Below are positions 26,495 to 37,000 of a stretch of 64,000 nt of DNA, one piece after another. The notes under the pieces were generated by a model. It was not told the origin of the DNA, searched no databases, and saw nothing but the letters and a program-made list of their open reading frames with translations. The translations under genes were made by a program, and so were the position numbers. The stretch spans positions 2,289 to 66,288 of the forward strand of contig CAZVLJ010000005.1 in the NCBI GenBank assembly GCA_964627825.1, written 5' to 3'. The stretch is from an uncultured Rikenella sp. Lineage in GTDB: Bacteria > Bacteroidota > Bacteroidia > Bacteroidales > VadinHA17. Numbering within the stretch: the stretch's first letter is position 1; the number at the start of each line of letters is the position of its first letter.

Positions 26495-29215
26495 ATGATC
26501 AGACAGACCATGTGGATTAAACACCTATTAATCAGCATAATATATTTTCTCTGCCTGGTTCCGATACTCCTGGCGGAAGAGGTGAATATTACCGGGACAG
26601 TCACTGACGGAGGTGGCGTGCCGGTTATGAATGCGCAAGTCTCTTTCTTTCTGAATACCAAGGAGTTCAGAGCCATATCCGGCACTGACGGCCGATATTC
26701 ATTGAAGGTGACCGGTTACTACAGTGATGTAGCAGGGGAATTCAGTGCAGGCACTCCCTACCCCAATCCCTTTGACAACGGTGTGAACATTCCATTTATT
26801 ATCAACACGCCTGGTGACGTAATGCTTACCATATACAACCTTGCCGGCGTGAAGATGCGCATCATGGTCTTTCCCGATGTGGCTCCCGGAAGTTACAATG
26901 CCATCTGGGATGGCTGCGGGCAGAACAATTCCCCCCTTAATGCCGGTATGTACATCTACGCGCTCACCTTTAAGGGCAGATCCTATAGCGGGAGGCTGGT
27001 TAAGTCATCCACCAGCGGGTCGCTCTCCTCCGGCAGCGGGCTGGAGCCGGTGATGCTGCCTCCTGACGAACCCCTGCCTGCGCCATCGCTTCGTTTCCCG
27101 GTGACAGCCGAGGTAACAGCGGAGGGTTACTACCCCGTAAGACTGACCGATATCACCATTGCGCGCGACACAGTCATTGACTTCGCCCTTACCCGGAAAC
27201 ATTCCATGCCCTTCACAGTATCCGGCAACTACATTGCCCGCTACATTGATGGTGAATACAAGCCGATGGTACTCAAAGGAATCAACCTCGGATCGTCGCC
27301 TCCGGGATACTTCCCCGGCGAGATAGCCTATGCAATTAAGCCTGCCACTTATGAGAGATGGATCAGGCGGATAGCGGAAGCGGGATTCAATACGATAAGG
27401 GTTTACACACTCCATCCGCCTGTCTTCTATGAGAAGCTGGCCGAGTACAATCAGCGTCATCCAGAAAGGCCCCTGCTGCTTTTCCAGGGGATATGGCTGG
27501 AGGAGATAGAAGATGGCGCTGACCCATGGTGCTATGATCTCATCAACAGACGCCAGGCATTCACTGATGAGATCACTGAGGTCATCAACTGCATCAACGG
27601 TAATGCTGATATTGCATTCAGGTATGGCAAATCATACGGCATATACAGGACAGACGTTACTCAATGGACAGCAGGATACATAATAGGGCGAGAGGTGGCA
27701 CCGCAGGAGATAGACTCCACCAACAAATTCCATCCGGGCACCTCATCCTATTCAGGCACGCGTTTCAGCATCAGCGGAGGCAGCGCATCCGAAGCCTTCA
27801 TCACCGAGATGCTTGACCGGGTGGTTGTCATTGAAGAGTCAGCATATGAGGTCAGCAGGCCTGTCAGCTTCTCCAGCTGGCCTACGCTTGATCCGCTGGA
27901 ACATCCGACAGAGATATACACTGACGAGGATGTAGCCTCCTTTGATATAACCAAAATAAGCCGCAACGGTGGTCCGGGATTGTTTGCCAGTTACCATGCC
28001 TATCCATACTATCCGAATTTTATCAGCCAGGAACCTTCTTACCTTGGGTACAGTGACAGCCAGGGGCCAAACAGCTACCTCGGCTACCTTACAGCCATGA
28101 AGAGCCATTACTCATCGATGCCTCTGGTTATAGCCGAATTTGGTGTGCCCTCAAGCTGGGGCAGCGCCCACCAGTCGTACAGCTCAATGCACCACGGTGG
28201 CTACTCCGAGATCCAGCAGGGTGAGAAGAACATGAGGATGATGGATAACATGCTTGATGCCGGCTGTGCTGGCGGATTCATGTTCGCATGGATGGATGAG
28301 TGGTTCAAGCGCACATGGATCGTCCTTTACCAGGAGGCCTACGGGATCGGTTCCGGTGAAGCAACCATCCCAACACGCCAGCTGTGGCACAATGAGACAT
28401 CGCCGGAACAGTGCTTCGGCCTGCTTGCTTTTGATCAGAAGGATACTCCCTCATTCGTGCCTTACGATCTGGACCAGTCCGAAGGACCGGTAAGCTCGGT
28501 CACCGCCACACATGACGAAGGATTCCTCTATCTGGAGATAAACACTGAATCCGATCTCACTCCTGCCGATGAGTTCATGGTCGCGTTTGATACCTATCTG
28601 GCCGGAACAGGCGAATCAACCCTCCCCGGTGGAGCCACGGTAAACAACAGGGCCGAGTTCCTGCTCACATTCACCCTGGATGATGATACGGCGCTCCATC
28701 ATGTGACACAGGCTTATGACATGAATGCTCTTACCGTGCGGTTCAACCTCACGGACCCGGTGGTGCAGATGTTCAGGAGCACCATAACCGATGGAGATCC
28801 GTGGAAGGTGATGAGATGGACAAATGACGGATTTGAGCTGACCTGGCAGGATATCGGGAAGGTACCCCTTGAGCACTCTTCCGCCTTCACAGAGGGTAAC
28901 AGGGCGGCAGTGGCCTGGGACGGGAAGAAGATAAACATCAGGCTGCCCTGGACCATGCTCCATTTCTATGATCCCACTCAGATGACGGTCAACGACGGGG
29001 CGATCTCATATGACGGTGGCTATAACTTTGAGATAATCACAGGTGAATCTGACGGCATTGCTGTTTCTGTCTGGCATAACGGGACCGTTACAAACACAAC
29101 CAACAGGTACAGATGGCCGAAGTGGCTCATTGTTCCGCCCACCAAGGAACGGGAGAAGGCTTCGCTCCATATCATCGAAGAAGGTTTATCCGCCATACCT
29201 GATTTTACGGATTAA
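26495..29215 (+). CDS. Large secreted multidomain protein with a clan GH-A-like (TIM-barrel) glycoside hydrolase core
   Basis: Signal/anchor, CarboxypepD_reg-like segment (ITGTVTDGGGVPVMNAQV), internal FlgD/T9SS-like Ig segment (YPNPFDNG...LTIYNLAGV), then NTIRVYTLHP, IIGREV (candidate acid/base), VIAEFGVPS (candidate nucleophile) and FMFAWMDEWFKRTW. The GH family is not assignable by eye. Confidence 0.45.
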   Translation: MIRQTMWIKHLLISIIYFLCLVPILLAEEVNITGTVTDGGGVPVMNAQVSFFLNTKEFRAISGTDGRYSLKVTGYYSDVAGEFSAGTPYPNPFDNGVNIPFIINTPGDVMLTIYNLAGVKMRIMVFPDVAPGSYNAIWDGCGQNNSPLNAGMYIYALTFKGRSYSGRLVKSSTSGSLSSGSGLEPVMLPPDEPLPAPSLRFPVTAEVTAEGYYPVRLTDITIARDTVIDFALTRKHSMPFTVSGNYIARYIDGEYKPMVLKGINLGSSPPGYFPGEIAYAIKPATYERWIRRIAEAGFNTIRVYTLHPPVFYEKLAEYNQRHPERPLLLFQGIWLEEIEDGADPWCYDLINRRQAFTDEITEVINCINGNADIAFRYGKSYGIYRTDVTQWTAGYIIGREVAPQEIDSTNKFHPGTSSYSGTRFSISGGSASEAFITEMLDRVVVIEESAYEVSRPVSFSSWPTLDPLEHPTEIYTDEDVASFDITKISRNGGPGLFASYHAYPYYPNFISQEPSYLGYSDSQGPNSYLGYLTAMKSHYSSMPLVIAEFGVPSSWGSAHQSYSSMHHGGYSEIQQGEKNMRMMDNMLDAGCAGGFMFAWMDEWFKRTWIVLYQEAYGIGSGEATIPTRQLWHNETSPEQCFGLLAFDQKDTPSFVPYDLDQSEGPVSSVTATHDEGFLYLEINTESDLTPADEFMVAFDTYLAGTGESTLPGGATVNNRAEFLLTFTLDDDTALHHVTQAYDMNALTVRFNLTDPVVQMFRSTITDGDPWKVMRWTNDGFELTWQDIGKVPLEHSSAFTEGNRAAVAWDGKKINIRLPWTMLHFYDPTQMTVNDGAISYDGGYNFEIITGESDGIAVSVWHNGTVTNTTNRYRWPKWLIVPPTKEREKASLHIIEEGLSAIPDFTD

Positions 29216-29279
29216 AGAGGACTGAAGATTTACGATTGCCGAGTTAAGCGAAAATCGGAAATCAGAAATTAAAAATCTA

Positions 29280-30686
29280 TCAGGCTTTCTTCTTCTCATG
29301 GAACCCGCTTCTCTCCGCCTTGCCCCATCCTTTCTTGCCACGGAGCGACTCAAGGTTACCCCTGACGGCAAAATAGGTATGCACCGGGTAGAAGAAAGGC
29401 TCAAGCATTGTTGTGCCGATGAGCCTCAGCACATCACGTTTCCTGCGGTATTTATGGAATGTTATCTCCTCAAAGAGGACAGCCCAGGTTGTAAGGCTGA
29501 CAGCGAAGCTGTAGACAAAAAGGAACAGAAGCAGGAAGAAAGGCAGGTTGAGGGCGCCTGTTATGGCAAGATAGATAGTATAGATTATACCGAGGAATGC
29601 TATCAGGGGTGCTGCCCATTCAAACAAGAGCCAGTATGGGTAGCCCAGCATTCCCAGTTTTCCGTAGCGGGCGTTAAGCATCATCTTGCGGTGTGACCAG
29701 AGTGATTCTATGAGGCCACGGGTCCATCTTGTTCTCTGCTTGCGCATTGATTTGAGGTCAGAGGGCACCTCCGTCCAGCAGAGCGGATCAGGTATATAAG
29801 TAACCTCATAGTTCTCCTTGTGTTCGGCCATGTAGCGCCTCATTCTCAGCACCAGTTCCATGTCCTCTCCCACAGTCTTGACATTATATCCGCCGGCTTT
29901 TATAACCGTCTCGCGGTCAAACATGCCCATGGCACCCGAGATAAGCATCAGCCCGTCCAGATGGCTCCAGGCCATGCGTCCCAGCAGGAAGGCACGGGTG
30001 TAGTCAAGCACCTGCAACCTTGGGAGGAACTTTTTCGGCAGATTGATCTGGCGAATATGGCCGCGCTCAATATCGCATGAATTAACAATGCGAATAACCC
30101 CGCCTGTTCCAATTACCCTCTTCTCCTTCTCCTCAAGGAAGGGCTTGACCAGCTTGAGAATTGAATCAGGTTCAATGATTGAGTCGGCATCAATAGTCAC
30201 TATCAGGTTACTGCGGCTGATGTTGATACCTGCATTGAGAGAGTCAGCTTTGCCACCGTTATTCTTGTCAATGACGGTAAGCCGGTTGTATGCCGGGTCC
30301 TTGGAACGGTAAACGCCTCTTATCCTCTCGCAGGGGATGCGGTAATCAAAGTAATAGTTTACCCTGACAAGCTCATAGGCATTCCTGATCTTCTCAAAAG
30401 TGTCATCCGTTGAGCCATCATTGACAATGATAACTTCAAAGTTGTTGTAGTAGAGAGAGAGCAGGGTACGGACGTTATCTATTATGGTCTTCCCCTCGTT
30501 GAATGCAGGGGCAATAATTGTGATACGCGGACTCAGTGGCGAGAGGACGAGTGAGTTGTAGTTGACATAGCTGTTCTTGCGCAGGTACTTTCTCAGCGCA
30601 AGGGCCGAGTATATGCCTAGCAGCAGGTATGTCCCGAAGAGGACGAGGGTCAGGTAGAATATCAGATGTGCAAAGATAAATCCCAT
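29280..30686 (-). CDS. Processive family-2 glycosyltransferase (PgaC/IcaA/BcsA-like polysaccharide synthase)
   Basis: N-terminal TM helix, IIAPAFNE, VNDGSTD, GGKADSLNAG, TIDADS, GEDMEL and the processivity motif QRTRW (QxxRW), then 3-4 C-terminal TM helices. Confidence 0.8.
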   Translation of the reverse strand: MGFIFAHLIFYLTLVLFGTYLLLGIYSALALRKYLRKNSYVNYNSLVLSPLSPRITIIAPAFNEGKTIIDNVRTLLSLYYNNFEVIIVNDGSTDDTFEKIRNAYELVRVNYYFDYRIPCERIRGVYRSKDPAYNRLTVIDKNNGGKADSLNAGINISRSNLIVTIDADSIIEPDSILKLVKPFLEEKEKRVIGTGGVIRIVNSCDIERGHIRQINLPKKFLPRLQVLDYTRAFLLGRMAWSHLDGLMLISGAMGMFDRETVIKAGGYNVKTVGEDMELVLRMRRYMAEHKENYEVTYIPDPLCWTEVPSDLKSMRKQRTRWTRGLIESLWSHRKMMLNARYGKLGMLGYPYWLLFEWAAPLIAFLGIIYTIYLAITGALNLPFFLLLFLFVYSFAVSLTTWAVLFEEITFHKYRRKRDVLRLIGTTMLEPFFYPVHTYFAVRGNLESLRGKKGWGKAERSGFHEKKKA

Positions 30687-30691
30687 GGTAT

Positions 30692-32434
30692 TCAGTATAT
30701 CCTGCGGTCAAGCACATGCCTGACTATAATGTTATAATTCTTATACTCCGATTTCATCACCTTGACAAGAGCCTGTACACCTGTCTCACCCAGGTTTTCA
30801 ATGGCTTTCACTGACTCTATCTGGAGCTGCACGTCATCCTCCTTGTCAAGCACCAGCTTGAGAAAGCCGAGCATCGATGCATCCGGCATCTTGCCCATTG
30901 ACCTGACAATCTCGAGGCAGTTGTTGTACTCCTGGTACTTGTACATGCGTTTCATGGTATCCAGGGTGCTTCTCATGTCCATGTCACCAGCCACCTCCAC
31001 GGCCAGCTGGCTTACACGCTGATCGCGATGAAGCAATACCTTTTTAATCTCCGACTCAGCCTCTTTCTGTTTGAACTCCCTTATCATCCTCAGGGCGAAC
31101 ATCACCACGGTCGGATTTTCTGAAGAAAGCCACCTCTGAAATTCAGGCACAGGCAGATCATGCTGGATTATAAGATCATGCAGTGTGATCTGCTCCCACA
31201 AAGAGAATGGTCTCTTAAGGTGCGACAGGAATTCAAAGTGATCATGGTCGCTCAGGCGTACCAGTGCAATCTGGGCCTCCATCCTCAGGATCTCATTCCT
31301 GGAGTTCAGGCATCTGTAGATATCATCATTACCTTCCCTGATACCCATGAAGGCCAGCTCACGGAATCCCTTTATCTTCTTGTGCCACCGCCTGCTGCGG
31401 GCCCTGGCCAGTGAGTCATTGTCAAGTCCCAGTTCATTATAGAGCCTGGTGAGCTTTTCTCTCGAGTCACCCTTCAGGTTTACGCTGACGTCTATCATCT
31501 GGTCAATAAGCACCTGCCTGCGATAGTCACTTGAGGCAATCTTTTTGAACGACTCAGGACTGCTGTTGCCGAAGAGGTAATCAATTATCAGCGTCTGGTA
31601 CTGTTCAAGCAGATACTGCCGCAGCCTGGCCTCCCTCTCCATCCTTCTCCTGTTAAGGAGGATGACAAGCAGCAGTATAAGCATCGTAGCCAGCGAGGCA
31701 ATAATAGCAATTATAAGTGCATTTACCAGGGCAACCGATTTGCCGAAATAGTTGTACCGGGAGAGCCACGGACTGTCGCCCTTCAGGAGAAAGATATTCC
31801 TGAACCTTTCCCACCTTGTAGGCTCTCTTCCGTAAGTGATCTCAGTATCACCGTCAGATGCAACTGGTTCTTCCCCGGTGGCTGATTCATTCATGCCTTC
31901 TGTAACAGGCACTGTTTCGTTCGCCTGCCTGTCAGCAGATGATGGTATTGTATCCTGCACTGCCGTAACCTCAACCTGATATTGTGGTGTCAGTGCAGTC
32001 TCCGGCTGACCGGGTTCAGATGCTTCAGTCTCCTCTGCTGATACGGGTCTCTCTGTGTGATCAGCGGGGAATGATACCGGGACAAAGAGGCAGGCAGACT
32101 GATCTCTCAATGAGCTGTTTATAAATACCTTGAACAATCCATCCTCTTCCACCAGGTCAAGTGAGAGTCCGGTCATCTCTTCCACTCTTTTCCGGAGGGC
32201 TTCAGCATTGACATGCCTGCTGAAAGCGCCCATCTGGATGGCATATTCGCCGCCGGCCAGCGAGACCAGTCCGTCTACCGTCAGCTCGGCAGGAAAGGTT
32301 GACATGGCTGGCTGGGCTTTGTTGGTTTTATTCAGGGGTACTGAATCAGGTCCATTGTCACTGATACTTCCTGACAAAGACAGAGATGCACTCCCGACGG
32401 CAATGGTCAGTAATATGGTCAGGATGGCTTTCAT
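30692..32434 (-). CDS. Bitopic membrane protein: N-terminal SPOR-like domain, TM helix, C-terminal HEAT/ARM-like repeats
   Basis: Signal peptide, then YAIQMGAFSRHVNAEALRKRVEE...GLFKVFINS (SPOR-like). TM segment VALVNALIIAIIASLATMLILLLVILL, followed by NRRR and about 300 aa of helical repeats. A 4-nt overlap with the upstream gene and a 5-nt gap to the GT2. Confidence 0.5.
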   Translation of the reverse strand: MKAILTILLTIAVGSASLSLSGSISDNGPDSVPLNKTNKAQPAMSTFPAELTVDGLVSLAGGEYAIQMGAFSRHVNAEALRKRVEEMTGLSLDLVEEDGLFKVFINSSLRDQSACLFVPVSFPADHTERPVSAEETEASEPGQPETALTPQYQVEVTAVQDTIPSSADRQANETVPVTEGMNESATGEEPVASDGDTEITYGREPTRWERFRNIFLLKGDSPWLSRYNYFGKSVALVNALIIAIIASLATMLILLLVILLNRRRMEREARLRQYLLEQYQTLIIDYLFGNSSPESFKKIASSDYRRQVLIDQMIDVSVNLKGDSREKLTRLYNELGLDNDSLARARSRRWHKKIKGFRELAFMGIREGNDDIYRCLNSRNEILRMEAQIALVRLSDHDHFEFLSHLKRPFSLWEQITLHDLIIQHDLPVPEFQRWLSSENPTVVMFALRMIREFKQKEAESEIKKVLLHRDQRVSQLAVEVAGDMDMRSTLDTMKRMYKYQEYNNCLEIVRSMGKMPDASMLGFLKLVLDKEDDVQLQIESVKAIENLGETGVQALVKVMKSEYKNYNIIVRHVLDRRIY

Positions 32435-33522
32435 TCTGCTTTACCTATACCCATAATTAATCCAATATTGCCCTCAAACCTGTTACGATATGACGAGGGG
32501 TCATATTTCTCATAGGAATATCCGGCTCCGATCCTGAATGACCAGCGGGAGTTTATCTGGTTGAAGTATGTGAGTCTGACGCTCGAGGCCTTCTGGCGCT
32601 CCAGGTCCGTGATAATATCATAGGGTTCGTCAGGGGCCGTTCCCGTACCAAGGGTCAGCTGAAGGTAATCAGTGATATCGAAATACCTCCTTGCCGTAAT
32701 GAAGAACGATGTTGTGACACCGATATCCTTGAAATGGAAATACCCCCTTGCTGAGAACCAGTAGTTGCCCAGGTATTTTTCCACCGAGGCTGTTCCCAGG
32801 AAAATATGCTCCTCAAAATAATAATAGTTGATGCCTGCTGACAATGCCCAGCCGGGAGGGAGTGACTGCCACAGCTCGAAGGCTGCCCTGTGCCGGGGAA
32901 ACCATGAACCGGGACTGTAGGCATAGGCCAGGTAGGCATAGTTATGGCTGCCGAACTCTGGCCATGCTTCCATGGCAAACTGAACATCATTGTCGGCCAG
33001 TGGGGAGGGCTCTCCTATATTAATATGTCCATAGTTGACCATTGCCACCGCGGTGCCCCAGCCAAAGCGGTGTCCCGCACCCAGGCTGAAGACCTGCCAG
33101 AGACGTTCGTAAGGCTCGTTGAATGTGTCAAACATGTATCCGGCCCTTATATCGGCAGGAAGTGTGAACTGCTGTGAACGGTCACGCATCCATCTCCTGA
33201 TATCAGTCACTGCCTCCAGGGCATCGCTGTTTCCGGGATCAGTCATCAGCAGGGTGTCTATTACTGCTGCCCCTTCCTCATAACGACCCTGCCATGCAAT
33301 GATTCTTCCGAGAAGTACCCTGGCATCTCCGTAGTCCGGGAACTGGTCTACCAGCAGGCGGGCAGCAGGTTCTGCCTCACCATACCTGCCTTCGAAAGCC
33401 AGAGTGCGTATCCTCGCATACTCCTCCTCCGGATTGGTAATGGTCTGGGCAGACAGCAGGCCCGTGGTCATGAACATCATGACCAGTGAAATTATTATGG
33501 CTCTATATTTCCAGTGCCCCAT
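32431..33522 (-). CDS. TPR + YaiO-family outer-membrane beta-barrel protein
   Basis: Signal peptide and N-terminal TPR-like helices (YGEAEPAARLLVDQFPDYGDARVLLGRIIAWQGRYEEG). Then alternating aromatic/Gly beta-strand pattern ending in ...GNIGLIMGIGKAE. YaiO assignment is by recall. Confidence 0.55.
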   Translation of the reverse strand: MGHWKYRAIIISLVMMFMTTGLLSAQTITNPEEEYARIRTLAFEGRYGEAEPAARLLVDQFPDYGDARVLLGRIIAWQGRYEEGAAVIDTLLMTDPGNSDALEAVTDIRRWMRDRSQQFTLPADIRAGYMFDTFNEPYERLWQVFSLGAGHRFGWGTAVAMVNYGHINIGEPSPLADNDVQFAMEAWPEFGSHNYAYLAYAYSPGSWFPRHRAAFELWQSLPPGWALSAGINYYYFEEHIFLGTASVEKYLGNYWFSARGYFHFKDIGVTTSFFITARRYFDITDYLQLTLGTGTAPDEPYDIITDLERQKASSVRLTYFNQINSRWSFRIGAGYSYEKYDPSSYRNRFEGNIGLIMGIGKAE

Positions 33523-33526
33523 ATTA

Positions 33527-33889
33527 TCATATAACTGCTACGGCCGCCCTGATCTTAGTGAGAAGATCATCCGGATCAAAGGGTTTGGTCAGATAACCGC
33601 TCACCTTCATCTCGGCAGCCTGACGCTGCATCTGAGGATCACTGAAGGCAGAGACGATGAGAACAGGTGTCTGCCTTTTCAGCTCGGTGCGCAGAAATCT
33701 TATTACCTCCAGTCCGCTGTGGTACGGCATGTGAATATCTATTATTGCAAGGTCAAAATCAGTTTTCCTGAGCGCTTCAATAGCCTTGTTCCCATCACAT
33801 ACCGTTACAGGATCATATCCCTCACGATCAAGCACTACAGACATAGCTCTTGAAGCCAGCTGGTTATCTTCACAAATAAGTATCTTCAT
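33527..33889 (-). CDS. Single-domain response regulator (REC only)
   Basis: 120 aa. ILICEDN, acceptor context AIIDIHMP, SAF and TKPF motifs. First gene of the four-gene operon. Confidence 0.85.
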   Translation of the reverse strand: MKILICEDNQLASRAMSVVLDREGYDPVTVCDGNKAIEALRKTDFDLAIIDIHMPYHSGLEVIRFLRTELKRQTPVLIVSAFSDPQMQRQAAEMKVSGYLTKPFDPDDLLTKIRAAVAVI

Positions 33890-34057
33890 CTTCTGAACAA
33901 TTCTTTCCGCCCGTTCTAATAACGCTATAATCTGACCTTTATTAGATCAGAACGTCAAAAATGACGCTTTTGTATGACGCTCTCCAAAAATGCAGTTTTA
34001 ATTTTGACTTCCGTACAAAAACTGATGATCATCTGCCTTCAGTGCATGACAAACAGA

Positions 34058-37000
34058 TCATAGTTCCTTAATCCTGATGTTTCTGAATTTTACTACAGAT
34101 CCATGACCCAGGAACCCGATATATCCTTTGCTGTTCTTCAGTCCCGGGTGATCTTTCCCGTCAATGGTTCCGTTCAGGGCAGCGTCTGCGATGTCACCGT
34201 TGACAATAACAGTCCCGTTAAGCACAACCTTCACCTTCGTCCCCTTTACGGTCACCTCCTGGTAGTTCCACTCTCCCACGGGACGGAGGAATCCCCTGCG
34301 TGCAGGAATGACACCATATACTGAGCCGTGATACTGGTATGGCGCCAGTTCGGCATAGACAGAAGCCGTATTGTCAAGTATCTGCAGCTCCATGCCCACG
34401 TATGCGGCATCACCCTCTGTGGGGGTCCTTATCCCCAGGCCGTTGTTGGCCCCGGGAGTAAGCTGGAACTCAAAGCGGAAGATAAAGTCAGCATACTCTC
34501 TCTCAGTATAGAGGTTACCACCGCTGTCATTGCCCGGTTTGATAACAATCATTCCATCTTCGGCCGTATATGACACTTTGTTGCCAATCCATCCGTCGAG
34601 GTTTCTGCCGTTGAAAAGTGAGGTGAAGCCCTCCTCCTTCTCCTTCTCCGTCAGGCTGTATTCCGGGCTCTTGATTTCCCTTATCCAGATATCCCTGAAG
34701 GCAAGGTCAGTACCGTGAGCCTGCAACTCAACCGGGCCGGTGGGGAAGATAGGGATGCTCCTGTCCCAGTAGTTTTCCATAATGACATTGTCAACAGTCA
34801 GTTCGCCGTTAAGCCAGACTGACACTCTCTCACCGGTCATGATGATACGGAAGGTATTCCATTCACCGATGGGATTATCTGCCACGGTAAGGGGCACGGA
34901 GGGATTTTTCTGATTGTTATAGAGTCCTCCAGATCCCACCTCTGCTCCGTCATCGGTGCGCGAGGTGTCCCATATCTGTACCTGCGGGGTTCCACGGAGA
35001 TAGATTCCGCTGTCACCATCCCTTGTAATGCGCCAGTCAACATACATCTCAAAATCACCATACTCTTTTACACTGCAGAGATTATCACCCCGTCCGCTGA
35101 ACCATATCATCCCATCCCTGACGCTCCAGTTCTCAAGCATCCTGATATTGGCTTCCTTCTGCCTGGCGGCCAGCTCCCCGGGCTTCATCTTAGCCCTGGT
35201 GAGAGGGTTTCCTGCCAGTCCCTGCCAACCTTCAAGGTCCTTTCCGTTGAACATCGGTTCGAACAATTCATCAGCAGGGAGATTCATTGATTCAATTGCC
35301 TCTGATGCTGCCCTGCTGACATCTTCGGAAGGATCAGAGAGATAGGGCATGATAAAGAAGTGTGCCTGTCGGATGCCCAGTGAGGCCGCAAGGGCCAGCA
35401 TTCCCGATCTGGCGTCCGGAGCAGCGGCATAACGGGATATATCCTTTATCATCAGGAGCTTGTGCTCCGGTGTCACCGGTGCAGCCGCCACCATTCTCAT
35501 ATAGGCATCAAATGCCGGCATGCCAAATGTTTTATTTCCCGATGCCGCTATCTCCATCAGCACTCCGGCTGCCGAGTGATCTTTCCAGTGCGCCAGTGCA
35601 TCAAAGCATATATCACGTGTGGCGGCATCTCCGTTATCGAAATCATGTGCAACCTTTTTGAGGGCCTCATCTCCTCCTGTTACTGCCAGCATAGGTATCA
35701 GCTTTGCCTTCTCTGCGCCCTTGTCCAGGGCTTGAAGAATAAGGTACGATCTGCGTTCAGGGTCATCGTGACGCATAGCTGCACCAAGGAGTGCCTGCTG
35801 CAGCTGGGTTACTTCAGCCCTGTCAGTTGCAGTACCAAGCAGTTTAATGATTGCCGGTTGGTCATTCCATGAACCCAGTGAAGAAAGAGAGGTGAGGGCT
35901 GCTGCCCTTATTGCCAGGTCATCCGAGGTGGTATAAGGAAGCACTGTTTTAAAATAATGTGTATCACCTGACCATGCCAGAAGTCTGATCAGGGTAACCG
36001 TAGCCTGGCCTGATGACTCCGGCAGCCTGTCAGCCACCATCCTGATGCTAGTGCTGTCAAGGATTGTTGTCAGGGCACTGGCAGCCGCACGGTGGCCCTC
36101 CTCACTGTCATACTTCACTATCCATGAAAGGAGCGGCTCTACGGCTTTACGACCCTGCAGTCTGGCCAGGGCAGTGAGGGCCGAGGATGACACCTCGCGG
36201 GAAGGATCATCCAGAGCCTTCATCATCAGCGGAACAGCCAGCTCATCACCCCGCTCGCCAAGCATGAAAAGTATGTCTGCCTTCGCTTCGGGAGCGACCT
36301 TTCCATATCTGTTGATCCATTTTTTTGTAGCATCGCTTCCCTTAATTGCTGATGCCAGGCGCAGTGCGCCCACCCTTATAGCCACATCCGTATCACCGGC
36401 AGCCTGAAGGAGCATGCCAAGAGCATCACTACCCTTCACCTCCGCGATAACGCTCATTGCTGCCAGCCGCTGGCTGGAAGCCTCAGGTGCCTGGCTGACG
36501 TCCATGACCAGGCTGGCTATGCGTTCCATCTTTTTCACCTCTCCTGCGAGTCCAATGTTGCGGGCATATAGGAGCAGGGCACGTACAGCATCGGTCTGGT
36601 CCCTGCGATATGATGCTGCAGCGGCAGCCCCGGTGAGGATCTCTGCAGCCCCGGGTGCCCCCGTGGAAGCAAGGGCATACAGGGCAGCTGATTTTTCGGC
36701 TGTGTTGCCCTTATTATACCACAAGAGGTAAGGCTCAACTGTTGTTCCCGGAAATGTCTCTGCCAGAGAAATCATGATCTGAGCAGCGCACGGGCACTCA
36801 TCGGCCCTGAGAGCAGAGGTAAGGGCTTCTGCGGCGGAGGCAGTTCCAACAGACTGAAGGGCAATGACGGCATCATCACACATTTCGGGAGAGGTAGTCC
36901 ATTCCTTCAGTGCCTCTGCAGCGGCTTCGGAGCCAATCAGGTTAAGCTGTCGCATAAAGAATGACCTCACCTCCCTGTCAATGGCAGATTGCATATACTT

